DNA of 64,000 bases from Acidobacteriota bacterium (GCA_013152925.1 JAADFK010000092.1:167-64166); one strand, 5' to 3'; positions 18,085 through 28,196 are shown, counted from the stretch's first letter. Made by a program: numbers and translations. The notes: generated by a model not told the origin, from the letters alone.

Positions 18085-20145
18085 GTGCCGGTCGTACAGG
18101 CATCCAAACCGCCGTTCGGGGAGGACTGGTTCCGGAAGCTCGTGGAGAGCTTCCAGGCAGCGGTATTCGTCTATGCCAGAGGGAAGATCGTCTATGTCAA
18201 CTCGGAAGCCGTTCGCCTCTGTGGAGCTGACGCTGAAGAGATTCTGAAGTTGCGGCCCATCGAGCTGGTCCATCCCGAGGACCGCGAGGCGTTCGTCCAG
18301 CAGGAAAAGCGGTTGCGCCACTCCGCGCTCCCCGGTGCGCTGGCAATGCGCCTCCTCCGTCCCGACGGCCAGACCCGCTGGGTGATCTTCTCGGTAACGA
18401 CGATTGAAAGAGATGGCCGTCAGGTTGCCGTTGGCAGCGCCATGGACATCACGCGCCGCGTGGAGGCCGAACGCCAGCTCCGCGAAAGCCGGGAGTGGCT
18501 CGAGATGGCTCAATGGGCGGGCCGGAGCGTTGCCTGGGAGTGGAATCCGGCCACCGACGCCATGTTGCTCTCCGGCTCGGCGTCCGAGATCTATGGCGTC
18601 CCGGAAGAGCGCGTCCCCCGGACCGGGACCGAGATGCGCGCCATGATACCGCCCGACGATCGGACCGTGCTCGACGAGGCGGTCGTCGAGAGCGCCGCCA
18701 CTGGCCGCCCCTTCTCCATCGAGCACCGCCTCATCGTCTCCCAAGAAGATCACCGGTGGATCTCCGTTCGCGGACAGGCATTCCGTGGGCCCGATGGCCA
18801 GATCGAGCGAGTGTTCGGCGTTTCCGCCGACGTTACCGACCAACGGCGAGCGGAGGCCGAGCGAGCCTACCTGGCCTCGCACGATCACCTGACCGGCCTT
18901 CTCAACCGGCGCGAGTTCGAGCGCCGCCTCGAGCAATCGCTGCGATCGGCCAGAAACGGTACCGTGATGCACACCCTCTGCTACCTGGACCTCGATGACT
19001 TCAAGGTGGTCAACGATACCTGCGGCCATGAGGCCGGCGATCGTCTTCTCGGCGAGCTGGCCGCCACTCTCCGTGAAAACACCCCCGTGCACGACGTCCT
19101 GGGGCGTCTTGGAGGCGATGAGTTCGGCTGTATTTTTCACGACTGTCCGCCCCGGGAGGCCGAGCGGCGCGCGCAGCGCCTCCTGGACGCCGTATCCAGC
19201 TTCCGTTTTTCCTGGCAGGGCAAGGTCTTCAGGATCGGCGCCAGCATCGGGCTCGTTTCCATCGATGCCGGCGCCGGCAACACCAACGATGTGCTGGGTC
19301 TGGCCGACGGGGCCTGCTACGTGGCCAAGGCCCACGGGCGGAACAAGATCCACTGCTCGGATGCCGGTGACTACGAGGTGGAGCAGCGCCACCTGAGGAG
19401 CCACTGGATCCAGCGCCTCAACGTGGCCCTGGAGGAGGACAACTTCCGGCTCTTTTTCCAGCCTATCGTCCCGCTGGACGCCACGCGGAACCCCCCCATG
19501 CGCGAGATCCTCCTGAGGTTGCAGGACCAAAGCAGATCGCTGATCGAACCCGGGGAGTTCCTCCCGGCTGCCGAGCATTCCCGCCTGATGCCCCAGATCG
19601 ACACCTGGGTCGTCCGTCACGCCCTGCCCTTGATCTCCACTCTCGAACGCTCATCGTCCGGCGGAGATTTCGTTTACACCATCAACCTCTCCGGCCAGTC
19701 CCTCGGGAGCGTTACCTTCATGGAGGAGCTCCAGGACCTTCTCTCCAGAACGGGGATACCCACTCAACGGATCTGTTTCGAGGTCACCGAAACCGCTGCC
19801 ATCTCCAACCTCGACGCGGCCCGTCACTTCATGGAGGCCATCCGGGATCTGGGTTACCGTTTCATCCTCGACGATTTCGGAAGCGGCCTGAGCTCCTTCG
19901 GATACCTCCGCTCACTCCCGGTGGAATTCCTCAAGATTGACGGCAGCCTCGTCAGCGGTGTCGGCGACGACGACGTCCTCCGTGAAATGGTCCAGGCCGT
20001 CCACAGGATCGGCCGAACCATGCAGATGAAGACCATCGCCGAGTCCGTCGAGAACGAGGCCATCTTCACGGCCCTTCGCGACATCGAGGTGGACTACTGC
20101 CAGGGCTACTGGACCGGCCGCCCCAGACCCTTCCCGCCCGGCTGA
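18085..20145 (+). CDS. PAS-PAS-GGDEF-EAL c-di-GMP turnover protein
   Basis: GGDEF motif (RLGGDEFGCIF). EAL domain (EILLRL..., DDFGSG, QGYW). Two PAS-like segments. I prefer the GTG at 18085, 4 nt after GGAGGGAGAG; the ORF track starts at 18058. Confidence 0.85.
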   Translation: MPVVQASKPPFGEDWFRKLVESFQAAVFVYARGKIVYVNSEAVRLCGADAEEILKLRPIELVHPEDREAFVQQEKRLRHSALPGALAMRLLRPDGQTRWVIFSVTTIERDGRQVAVGSAMDITRRVEAERQLRESREWLEMAQWAGRSVAWEWNPATDAMLLSGSASEIYGVPEERVPRTGTEMRAMIPPDDRTVLDEAVVESAATGRPFSIEHRLIVSQEDHRWISVRGQAFRGPDGQIERVFGVSADVTDQRRAEAERAYLASHDHLTGLLNRREFERRLEQSLRSARNGTVMHTLCYLDLDDFKVVNDTCGHEAGDRLLGELAATLRENTPVHDVLGRLGGDEFGCIFHDCPPREAERRAQRLLDAVSSFRFSWQGKVFRIGASIGLVSIDAGAGNTNDVLGLADGACYVAKAHGRNKIHCSDAGDYEVEQRHLRSHWIQRLNVALEEDNFRLFFQPIVPLDATRNPPMREILLRLQDQSRSLIEPGEFLPAAEHSRLMPQIDTWVVRHALPLISTLERSSSGGDFVYTINLSGQSLGSVTFMEELQDLLSRTGIPTQRICFEVTETAAISNLDAARHFMEAIRDLGYRFILDDFGSGLSSFGYLRSLPVEFLKIDGSLVSGVGDDDVLREMVQAVHRIGRTMQMKTIAESVENEAIFTALRDIEVDYCQGYWTGRPRPFPPG

Positions 20146-20181
20146 GAAGGCCGGATCACAGACTCCGCGACACGACCAGAG

Positions 20182-23100
20182 TCAGCTCGGTGGCCACTCC
20201 GGAACGCGACACGGGGTCCACGGCGCGCCCGCCGCTTCGAGACGTTCCTCGATGGCCGGGATCTCGACCCCAACCAGCTTTCTGAAAGCCGCCAGCTGCT
20301 CCTTCAGGCCTTCCTCGGCGTATTCCACGGCCTTGCGTTGGGTCCGGGTGGGCGGCTCCGAGCTGCTCCAAACGCTCTCGACCACCCGGTCCACCCGTTG
20401 CACCACCGAGGGCGACACGGGCGCCCAGCGTTTCGAGCGAGTCCGGTCTCCGCGAAGCGCGGTCAGGATTCCGTCCAGCTGCTCCTGGAGCCTCCGGACC
20501 TTCGCGATCAGCTCGGGGTCGGCGGCGGGCGTCAGCAACAGTGCCTTCCCGATCTTCTCCAGCCGGGTCCCGGTCTCCCCGGCTGCCTCCAAGAGCCCAT
20601 GGGCCGCACCCTGGAGACGCGCCACCCGGCTGCGGAAGCTCGCCACCGTCTTGCGATCGGGCGGCGCGGGTGCATACAGAGCCTTCACAGCGAAGGGGAC
20701 CGGCCTCGTCAGCTCCTGAAGCGTTCCGTCGCTCAGGGTTCCCAGGGTCACGGTGTAACTGCCCGGCTCCACCAGGGGACCGGCATCCGGAGCGTCCCAG
20801 GGCGCACGCTCCTTCTTCTTGAGAGACACCGGCGTTGACGGGGGGTACCGGAGATCCCACGCCACCCGGTGGAATCCTTTCGTACGCGGGCCGGTCACAC
20901 GGCGTATCACCGCGCCTCCGGCATCCCGAACCGTGAGGATGACCTGCGGTTTCTCCTCCCGGTCCTCGGCCCGGAGCTCAGCCCACGACGGCTTGGGGGG
21001 TGCCTCACCCCGCCTCTCGGCCCTCTTTTCCCGTTCACGCCGCGCCTCGGCGCGGGTTTTCAGCCCGTCCTTGAGCCAGTAGGTGAACACGGCCCCGAAG
21101 GAGGGATTGTCCGCCGCGTAGAACGCATCGCCGGCGAAACCCTTGCCGTGAATACCGAGAGGCCGCCGCGGAACGAAGAGCAGGGCGTCCCGGAGGGGAA
21201 GAAGCGCCTGCTTCTGCGCAAGCAGGTCAGCACTGACCTCGCGCAGCGGCGTGAGGTCATCGAGGATATAGAAACCACGTCCGAAGGTCGCCAGGACCAG
21301 GTCGTTCCTCTCGTCCTGGATGGCGATGTCACGAACGGCAACGGTCGGCAGCCCGCCCTTGAGCTGAACCCAGTGTCTGCCGCCGTCGAAGCTGCACCAC
21401 AGGCCCAGCTCCGCTCCGGCGAAGAGGAGCCGACCGTCCACGGGGTCCTCGGCCAGGGCATGGACATAGTCCGGTACGGGAATGCCGCCCGCCAGGGAAT
21501 GCCAGCTCCGGCCGCGGTCCGTGCTCTTGAGGATGTACGGCTTGAAGTCCCCCATCTTGTGGTTGTCGAAGGCGGCGTACACCGTGCCGGGGTCATGGCT
21601 CGAGGCGACGATGGACGACACATAGCTCCGGTCCGGAACCCCCGGGAACGACTCGATCTTCCGCCACGTGGCGCCGCCGTCCTCGCTGACCTGGATCAGC
21701 CCATCGTCGGTCCCCGCGTAGAGCAGTCCCTCGACCAGGGGCGACTCCGCCAGAGAAACGATGTTTCCGTAGGGCGAGGTGGAGGCGTTCTTGGCCACGG
21801 CGTCGATGCTCCACACCTTGCCCATGACCGGCAGCTCATAGCGGTCGAGCCCGCGGGTCAAGTCGGGGCTGACCGCCATCCAGCTGTTGCCGCGGTCGTC
21901 GGACCGGTAGATCTTCTGGGCCGCGAAGTAGAGGCGCGTGTGGGAATGGGGGCTGATGATCAGCGGCGAGTCCCAGTTCCAGCGCAGCGGCGGCTCTCCC
22001 GGCGCCGGCTGGGGCTGGATGTCCACCATCTCGCCCGTCGTCCGGTCGTAGCGCACCAGTCCCCCGTACTGGGTCTCGCTGTAGACCGTGTCCGGGTCCT
22101 CGGGATCGATGGCGGGGCGGAAGCCGTCCCCGAACACCGTGACGAACCAGTCGTTGTTGACGATTCCCGAGTCGTTGATCGTCGCCGAGGGCCCACCAAG
22201 GGTCGCGTTGTCCTGGGTCCCGCCGTAGACGAAGTAGAAGGGCCTGCTGGTATCCACGGCGACCCGGTAGAACTGGGTGATGGGCAGGTTGCCCGCGAAG
22301 CTCCACGTCGCGCCACGGTCGTGGCTCTCGTAGAGCCCACCGTCACAGCCCGCCCTCAAGTGCCGGGAGTCCTGCGGATCGATCCACAGGGCATGGTTGT
22401 CCACGTGCTTGTGGGTCTCCGGGACCTTCTTCCAGGTGGCGCCGCCGTCCTCGGAGACGTGGAGGAAGGTGTCCATGGAGTAGACCCGCCCGGCATCGTT
22501 GGGATCCACCACGAGCTCGTTGTAGTACTGGGGGCTCGCGCTCATGTACGTGGACCGCTTGACCCATGTTTCCCCCCGGTCCGTGGAACGGAACACGCCG
22601 CCCTTCCCCTCAGCGGCCTCCACGATGGCGTACAGGATGTCGGGATTGGAGGGCGCCATGGCCAGGCCGATCCGGCCGAGATCCACGTCCTTGGGCAACC
22701 CGTTGGTGATCTTCCGCCAGCTCGTTCCGCCGTCCGTGGTCTTGTAAACGGCCGACTCAGGCCCGCCGTCGATCAGGGTCCAGACGTGCCGCTGCCGCTG
22801 GTAGGCCGCTGCCACCACCACGTCGGGATGGCGCGGGTCCATTACCAGATCGGTCACGCCGGTCCTGGGGCTGATGTCCAGCACTTTCTTCCAGGTGGCA
22901 CCCCCGTCCACGGTCTTGTAGAGCCCGCGATCCCCACCATCCCGCCACAGCGGCCCCTGGGCCGCCACCCAGACCACTCTGGAGTCCCGCGGATCGATGA
23001 GGATCTTGGCGATATGCTCCGAGGCCTTGAGGCCCATGTTCTTCCAGTGAGCCCCACCGTCGTCAGTGCGATAGACCCCGTCGCCGAATGAGACGCTGCG

Positions 23101-23493
23101 CTGCGAGTTGTTCTCGCCGGTGCCGACCCAGACCACCGAAGGGTTCTTTGGATCCACCGTGATACAGCCGATGGAGTAGGAACCCTCGGAGTCGAAAACC
23201 GGCTTGAAGGTCGTGCCGCCGTTGGTGGTCTTCCAGACGCCCCCCGACGCCGCGGCGATCCAGAGCTCCGCAGGACGCTCGGGGTTGACCGCGATGTCGG
23301 CGATCCGTCCCGAGGTCAACGCGGGGCCGATGCTCCGGAGCTTCAGGCCTGCGTAGGTGCTCGAGTCGAGCAGCGGGGTCGTCGTTTCGGGCGCCTTGAC
23401 CGGGGTTGTCTTCCCCCGTGTCCGGCCCAGACTGACGCCAGAAAGAGCGATGGAAATCACCACGCACGACACGACCTTGAAGCTACGGCTCAC
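20182..23493 (-). CDS. Secreted BNR/Asp-box repeat protein (sortilin/VPS10-like beta-propellers)
   Basis: Repeated S/T-x-D-x-G-x-T-W motifs (TTNGGTTF, TDDGGAHW, TVDGGATW, TTDGGTSW, SEDGGATW, SHDRGATW). Signal peptide present. GTG start at 23493 lies 5 nt after AAGGAGG. Confidence 0.8.
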   Translation of the reverse strand: MSRSFKVVSCVVISIALSGVSLGRTRGKTTPVKAPETTTPLLDSSTYAGLKLRSIGPALTSGRIADIAVNPERPAELWIAAASGGVWKTTNGGTTFKPVFDSEGSYSIGCITVDPKNPSVVWVGTGENNSQRSVSFGDGVYRTDDGGAHWKNMGLKASEHIAKILIDPRDSRVVWVAAQGPLWRDGGDRGLYKTVDGGATWKKVLDISPRTGVTDLVMDPRHPDVVVAAAYQRQRHVWTLIDGGPESAVYKTTDGGTSWRKITNGLPKDVDLGRIGLAMAPSNPDILYAIVEAAEGKGGVFRSTDRGETWVKRSTYMSASPQYYNELVVDPNDAGRVYSMDTFLHVSEDGGATWKKVPETHKHVDNHALWIDPQDSRHLRAGCDGGLYESHDRGATWSFAGNLPITQFYRVAVDTSRPFYFVYGGTQDNATLGGPSATINDSGIVNNDWFVTVFGDGFRPAIDPEDPDTVYSETQYGGLVRYDRTTGEMVDIQPQPAPGEPPLRWNWDSPLIISPHSHTRLYFAAQKIYRSDDRGNSWMAVSPDLTRGLDRYELPVMGKVWSIDAVAKNASTSPYGNIVSLAESPLVEGLLYAGTDDGLIQVSEDGGATWRKIESFPGVPDRSYVSSIVASSHDPGTVYAAFDNHKMGDFKPYILKSTDRGRSWHSLAGGIPVPDYVHALAEDPVDGRLLFAGAELGLWCSFDGGRHWVQLKGGLPTVAVRDIAIQDERNDLVLATFGRGFYILDDLTPLREVSADLLAQKQALLPLRDALLFVPRRPLGIHGKGFAGDAFYAADNPSFGAVFTYWLKDGLKTRAEARREREKRAERRGEAPPKPSWAELRAEDREEKPQVILTVRDAGGAVIRRVTGPRTKGFHRVAWDLRYPPSTPVSLKKKERAPWDAPDAGPLVEPGSYTVTLGTLSDGTLQELTRPVPFAVKALYAPAPPDRKTVASFRSRVARLQGAAHGLLEAAGETGTRLEKIGKALLLTPAADPELIAKVRRLQEQLDGILTALRGDRTRSKRWAPVSPSVVQRVDRVVESVWSSSEPPTRTQRKAVEYAEEGLKEQLAAFRKLVGVEIPAIEERLEAAGAPWTPCRVPEWPPS

Positions 23494-23624
23494 GACAGCC
23501 TCCTTTCGGTCCTTCCGGGCCGCTTTCAATCATACTGCCCCCGCTCTCGGGAGAGCTGCGGATCGATGGACGGTGAGCGAGAGAACCCCCGTCACGGGAC
23601 AGTCCACGGGAGGAGCATGGCGGA

Positions 23625-23806
23625 GGAGATCCCTCCACTCGCTCGCTTCGCTCCCTCGGTCGGGATGACAGAAAGGGATGTCATCCCGGCCGGAGCGGTG
23701 CATGGCACCGCCCACTCCGTCATCCCGGCCGGAGCGGTGCATGGCACGGCCCACTCCGTCATCCCGACCGGAGCGGTGCATGGCACCGCGGAGTGGAGGG
23801 ATCTCC
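23625..23806. repeat. Nested palindrome enclosing a 3 x 39-bp tandem repeat (REP/MITE-like intergenic element)
   Basis: The 16-bp arms ggagatccctccactc (23625-23640) and gagtggagggatctcc (23791-23806) are perfect inverted repeats. 39-bp units start at 23680, 23719 and 23758. Each unit holds a gcggtgc-atg-gcaccgc hairpin. A gggatgac/gtcatccc hairpin lies at 23662-23687. Confidence 0.85.
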
Positions 23807-23962
23807 CCGGGATCGTGACGCACCGCGGAGGACCTCATCGTGCGGTGGCGCCGACGGAAGCTCATTCGCTCGCTTCCGCCGGCTGAAAGCACACCAGCAA
23901 GTGTGAAACGTGACCTGCCCGTCGCTCCGGCCCGACCGGTTGGGGTTGGCATTCGACCGCGC

Positions 23963-25570
23963 TCACGGCTGGTTGACACCGCCCTCGGGCAGGGCGTGCT
24001 GCTCACCGCGCTCCTTCACTACGCGCAGGAGCCAGTCTTCGGGATAGCCCACCTCCTGCGGTCTCCCCTTGGCGTCCTGGACATAGCCGTCGTTGTACCG
24101 CGTCATCAGCTCCTCCCCAAGCTGCCGCCAACGCCGCACGGTGGCCTCGCCCCGGTTGACCGAGTAGCCGGTCAAGTAGCGTACGGCCAGGACGGGGTCG
24201 TTCTTGAGGAGATCCAACGCCGTTCGTTCCACGGCCGGCTGCAGGGCCAGTGCCGTCCCCTCGAGATCCTTCTGGACCTTCTGGATGTCCTTGATCATGT
24301 ATGAGTACTTGAGGTTGGCGATGTTGGCCACGAAATTGAAAACCCACCAGGCCGAATCCTGCGAGAAGTGGTCCATCCGCCCGACGGTATACGCTTCAGG
24401 CAGCCGGTCGATTCCGCAGTAAAGGGGCACGTAACAGGTGGTGTAGGTGTCGTCCACCCCGTACCAGAGGACCCCGCCCACCGGGTCCGGAAGGTCCCTC
24501 CGCGACTGGGAGACGAAGGAAAACCCGGTCTGCTGGGTCGAGATGGGCCGCTCCCAGGCGTACTGCCTCCCATCGACCTTCCAGCCGATGGGCCGCCAGC
24601 GGTTTGGCGAGCCGAAGGGGCCAGCCGTCACGCCCTTCGTCATGTCGTAGGGTGTGCCCTCATAGTGGTCGCGCATCAACGCCATCACCTCCGCCGTGCC
24701 CAACCTGGAATCCGGCCGGATCCACAACGGATACGCCGTACCCTTCCCCAGGCCGCGGGCGTATTCCGGAGACAGGTGGAGCGAGGGGGCGGCCCTGCGG
24801 AAGACGCTCCACACCCGCATGTCGGAATACCGGATATGCTGGGCCGATGCCGGATCGTAGGCCTCGTTGAAACGGAAAGGTTGTCCCGAGGAGGGGTCCC
24901 AGTAGCCGTGCTCCACGGCGAACGAGACCACGTTGGCCGAATGGAGGCAGGTCTGAGGATCGTCCATCGGAAAACGGCCGATGCGGGAACGGTTGGCATG
25001 GCAGGAGATGAATCCATCGGGGATTTTCCGCGCAACCCATACGGCGCCATGACCACCCCTGCCGGGGCCCACCATCTCCAGGATCCACGCTTCCCCGGGA
25101 TCGGCGATGGAGAAGCTCTCCCCGGTGGAGGCGTAACCGTAGCGGTCCGCCAATCCCGTGATGACCTCGATGGCCTGCCGCGCCGTGGCGGCACGCTGCA
25201 GCGCCAGGCCCATGAGCGTCCAGTAGTGGAGCAAGCCCTCGGGGTTCTGGAGCTCCTTGCGGCCCTCGAAGGTCGTCTCCCCGATGGCCACCTGATGCTC
25301 GTTGATCAACCCGACAACGGCGTAGGTGTGGGAAACCTGCGGAATCGTGCCGCAGACCTTCCCGCCCCGGCCACGGATCTCGATCACCTCGCTGGAATCA
25401 TGATCCGCCGCCGGCTTGTACCGCAGGTGCGGGAGAAACTCTCCGTCGCACGAGTAGGTGATCATGGTGGATCCGTTGTTTGAAGCCCCGCGGGTGACCA
25501 GGATACTGGTACAGGCCATGACGGCCCCCGGCGCCGCCAGGAGCGCTCCCAGCACACTCTTCCAACCCAT
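23963..25570 (-). CDS. Peptidase family C69 dipeptidase (secreted)
   Basis: A signal peptide is followed by the nucleophile Cys (GAVMACTSILV). About 535 aa from the ATG at 25570, which is preceded by GGGAGGAGGAG. Confidence 0.75.
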   Translation of the reverse strand: MGWKSVLGALLAAPGAVMACTSILVTRGASNNGSTMITYSCDGEFLPHLRYKPAADHDSSEVIEIRGRGGKVCGTIPQVSHTYAVVGLINEHQVAIGETTFEGRKELQNPEGLLHYWTLMGLALQRAATARQAIEVITGLADRYGYASTGESFSIADPGEAWILEMVGPGRGGHGAVWVARKIPDGFISCHANRSRIGRFPMDDPQTCLHSANVVSFAVEHGYWDPSSGQPFRFNEAYDPASAQHIRYSDMRVWSVFRRAAPSLHLSPEYARGLGKGTAYPLWIRPDSRLGTAEVMALMRDHYEGTPYDMTKGVTAGPFGSPNRWRPIGWKVDGRQYAWERPISTQQTGFSFVSQSRRDLPDPVGGVLWYGVDDTYTTCYVPLYCGIDRLPEAYTVGRMDHFSQDSAWWVFNFVANIANLKYSYMIKDIQKVQKDLEGTALALQPAVERTALDLLKNDPVLAVRYLTGYSVNRGEATVRRWRQLGEELMTRYNDGYVQDAKGRPQEVGYPEDWLLRVVKERGEQHALPEGGVNQP

Positions 25571-25740
25571 TCTCTCCTCCTCCCACGCTCCAGGCCGGAG
25601 CCTTGACGGCTCGTGCCGGCGGCATCCTTCCCCGATCCGGCGATCGCTGCGCGCGCCGGCCCGGTGGCTGATTCTACGCAAACACGGCCCCCGAGGTTGC
25701 ACACCATGAGCCCGGCTGCATCCCGGTCATCGGCCCCAAG

Positions 25741-25790
25741 AGAAACAGCGGGGTGCGTGAGGGGGCATCTCCCCGCTCGCACACCCCGCC
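25741..25790 (-). terminator. Candidate intrinsic terminator downstream of the 189-aa secreted protein gene
   Basis: On the minus strand, a GC-rich imperfect hairpin (gcggggtgtgcgagcgggga...ccccctcacgcaccccgc) is followed by tgtttct. Confidence 0.4.
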
Positions 25791-25832
25791 TGCTTGGATG
25801 GCGGTCCGGTGGCCCGCCCCGCGTGCTCAGAT

Positions 25833-26402
25833 TCAGATATGGATGCTCACACGAACCGGCTCTTTCCAGCCCTTGGCCTTCACCTCGAAGACAAGATTCC
25901 CGGTGGTGAATCCCTCCGGCTTCTTGAAGTAGAGGATGTCCGCGGTAAAGAAGCGCTGGCTGAGCTGCACCGTGCTGATCACAACCGCCGAACCCTTGTA
26001 GGTTCCGGGATAGAAGTGCGAGGGAACGAACTGAACGCCCCGGACGCCAAGAATCCGCATTGGCGTCACCTGCTCGACCCACCGGTAGTCCAGGTCCAGC
26101 TTGGGGTAACCCTCGCGGATTTCTTGCACCGTCGCCGCCGGGATCTCCTGGCCGGCCGGTCCAATCAGCTTGAACGACTCCCGCGTCAGGTTCACGTTGT
26201 TCTTCGAGTTGTTCATCACGCCAACCACGAGCGGAATGTAGCTCTCCGCGGTTCTCTTCCTCGCGAGCTCCACGTTGACATAGACCCAGGCGTCCCCGGT
26301 CTTCGTTGTGAAAACCTTGTCCGACTGTCCTGCCAATGTGACACCCGCAACGGCCAATCCGAGAGCCATCACCACCGCCACGATTCTCCAATACCCTTTC
26401 AT
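25833..26402 (-). CDS. Hypothetical secreted protein
   Basis: ATG at 26402 lies 7 nt after AAGGAGG. Signal peptide MKGYWRIVAVVMALGLAVAGVTLAG. I recognise no motif. Confidence 0.6.
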   Translation of the reverse strand: MKGYWRIVAVVMALGLAVAGVTLAGQSDKVFTTKTGDAWVYVNVELARKRTAESYIPLVVGVMNNSKNNVNLTRESFKLIGPAGQEIPAATVQEIREGYPKLDLDYRWVEQVTPMRILGVRGVQFVPSHFYPGTYKGSAVVISTVQLSQRFFTADILYFKKPEGFTTGNLVFEVKAKGWKEPVRVSIHI

Positions 26403-26710
26403 GGTACCCTCCTTTGTCCGCCTCCGCCTCTTCCGTAGGGAATATGGTGCAAACACCGTGCCACGTCCAGGTACCCGCGCGTCTCCCCTTGCACCTCACG
26501 CCGGGCCCTCCACCGATCGACCAGGAGGCGCCCCTGAGGGGCGCCGTCCTCTCACACCACCATGCGTACGTTCGGAGCTGACTCTCCAGTCGGCGATGTT
26601 TTTCGAGAAGGCTCAGAAGACCGGGCTTGCAGAAGGGACGCCCGTGCTGTTCGGCCCGGATTTCCACACCGCTTGCAACCGGCATGGCACGCCAGCCATG
26701 CCTGGCGCAC

Positions 26711-26741
26711 CCAAGAAAAGGACCCGGCCGGGGCCGGGTCC
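26711..26741 (-). terminator. Intrinsic terminator after the VWA-OmpA gene
   Basis: On the minus strand, hairpin ggacccgg-ccccgg-ccgggtcc is followed by ttttctt, about 25 nt after the stop codon. Confidence 0.55.
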
Positions 26742-26765
26742 TGGGTTGAAGTTGTCCGTGACGCC

Positions 26766-28196
26766 CTATTTCTTGAAGGGCTTGAACTCCACGCGCCGGT
26801 TCTTCGCCCGGTTCTCCTTGGTGTCGTTGGGGTACCGCGGCATGCTCCAGCCGTAACCCTTGACGACCATGCGGTCCGTCGGTACACCCTTGGCCGCCAG
26901 GTAATCCCGAACGGCCTCGGCCCGCTTGAGCGACAGGCGATCGTTGAAAGCCTTGGGGCCGCTCTTGTCGCAATGACCCTGGATCTCCACCGACCACGCG
27001 GAGTAGTGCGGGTCCTTCATGGACTCGGCAACGCGATCGAGAAGCGCCTTCGCATCGTCCTTGATGGCGTACTTGTTGACGTCGAAGAAGACCTTGGCCT
27101 TGACCTCCCACGTGCCATCGGCGTGCACGAGGATCATCGGTGGCGGACATCCATCAGGATTGACGGGGACACCCTTGGGGGTGTCGGGGCACTTGTCCAG
27201 GTAATCCGGCACACCGTCGCCATCACTGTCGATCGGGCAACCGTTGGCGTCGACCTTCACGCCCGCCGGCGTATTCGGGCACTTGTCCATGGCGTCCGGC
27301 ACGCCGTCACCATCGCTGTCGATCGGGCAACCCTTCGCGTCGACCTTGACACCGGCGGGAGTACCCGGGCACTTGTCCAGGTAGTCCGGCACACCGTCGC
27401 CGTCGGTGTCCGGCGGACAGCCGTTGGCGTCGACAGCCACACCCTTGGGCGTATCGGGGCACTTGTCCAGATGATCTGCCACGCCGTCGCCATCGGCATC
27501 CGGCCACAGGAACACGTCTTCAACGAACTTGGACATTCCCGCCCACGAGGTCAACTGGCTGGCGTTCACCACGTAGCCCTGACCGCCGGCAGCGACCACG
27601 GAGTCCAGCAGCGCCCGCCCGGCGGCGGAATCGCCGATCTGCACGGCATAGATGGTGACCTTGTTGCCAAGCTGCTTCTTGAGGGCCGCCGCGGCCTGGG
27701 TTTCGGCCTTGCCCATGTTGAGCCCGTCACTGAGGATCACGATCGCAGCGGACGTGCCCTTCTCCAGCTGCTTCGCCGCCAGATCGATGGCACCGTCCAG
27801 CGGGCTGTTCGAACCGCCCAACTGCACCGCTTCCTCCGCCTTGGCAAAGCCATCTGTGGAGTAGGTCTCCGGGCCGTACATCACGTTCAGCTTGCCCTTC
27901 GGCATCCCCGGCCCGTGACCGAAGACCACCAGAGCACCCTTGAAACCGACTTCCGGAATGGCCGTATTCATGGAGGCCAGGAGGTTGTTCTCGATCTGCA
28001 GCTTCCGCTCGCGGTGATATCTCTGACCCATGGACGTTGAAGCGTCCTGGATGATGACCCACTGGTCCACCTTGGCTACAAAATGGTCCTTGGGCAACGG
28101 CTCACTGATGAAGTTTGTCTTCGCCGCCGTCGTACAACCCTGGACCAAGAGGACCACGACCACGGTCAGCAGCAGGTTTCTCGCAATTCGTTTCAT
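26766..28196 (-). CDS. VWA domain / thrombospondin type-3 repeat / OmpA-family lipoprotein
   Basis: Lipobox LVQGC. VWA-like MIDAS start (IIQDASTSM). Four Ca-binding TSP3-type repeats (DxDGDGVPDxxDKCP). C-terminal OmpA_C-like peptidoglycan-binding region (GHCDKSGP..NDRLSLKRAEAV..NRRVEF). Confidence 0.85.
   Translation of the reverse strand: MKRIARNLLLTVVVVLLVQGCTTAAKTNFISEPLPKDHFVAKVDQWVIIQDASTSMGQRYHRERKLQIENNLLASMNTAIPEVGFKGALVVFGHGPGMPKGKLNVMYGPETYSTDGFAKAEEAVQLGGSNSPLDGAIDLAAKQLEKGTSAAIVILSDGLNMGKAETQAAAALKKQLGNKVTIYAVQIGDSAAGRALLDSVVAAGGQGYVVNASQLTSWAGMSKFVEDVFLWPDADGDGVADHLDKCPDTPKGVAVDANGCPPDTDGDGVPDYLDKCPGTPAGVKVDAKGCPIDSDGDGVPDAMDKCPNTPAGVKVDANGCPIDSDGDGVPDYLDKCPDTPKGVPVNPDGCPPPMILVHADGTWEVKAKVFFDVNKYAIKDDAKALLDRVAESMKDPHYSAWSVEIQGHCDKSGPKAFNDRLSLKRAEAVRDYLAAKGVPTDRMVVKGYGWSMPRYPNDTKENRAKNRRVEFKPFKK
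27148..27507 (-). repeat. Four tandem ~90-bp (30-aa) TSP3 repeats inside the VWA-OmpA CDS
   Basis: Protein units D[AT S]DGDGV[AP]D.[LM]DKCP.TP.GV.V[DN].[NKD]GCP[PI] are repeated four times. The DNA copies are highly similar. Boundaries are approximate. Confidence 0.7.

Noticed and set aside
16384-19620. 1078-aa ORF on the minus strand spanning the glgA and GGDEF-EAL genes
   Set aside because: It is a shadow ORF typical of high-GC DNA. Its composition is Gly/Arg/Pro/Ala-rich, with no motifs and no RBS. The opposite strand encodes two clearly recognisable proteins.
23680-23796. Possible CRISPR array (regular 39-bp repeats)
   Set aside because: The units are directly adjacent with no spacers, there are only three copies, and there are no cas genes. 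It is a tandem repeat within a palindromic element.
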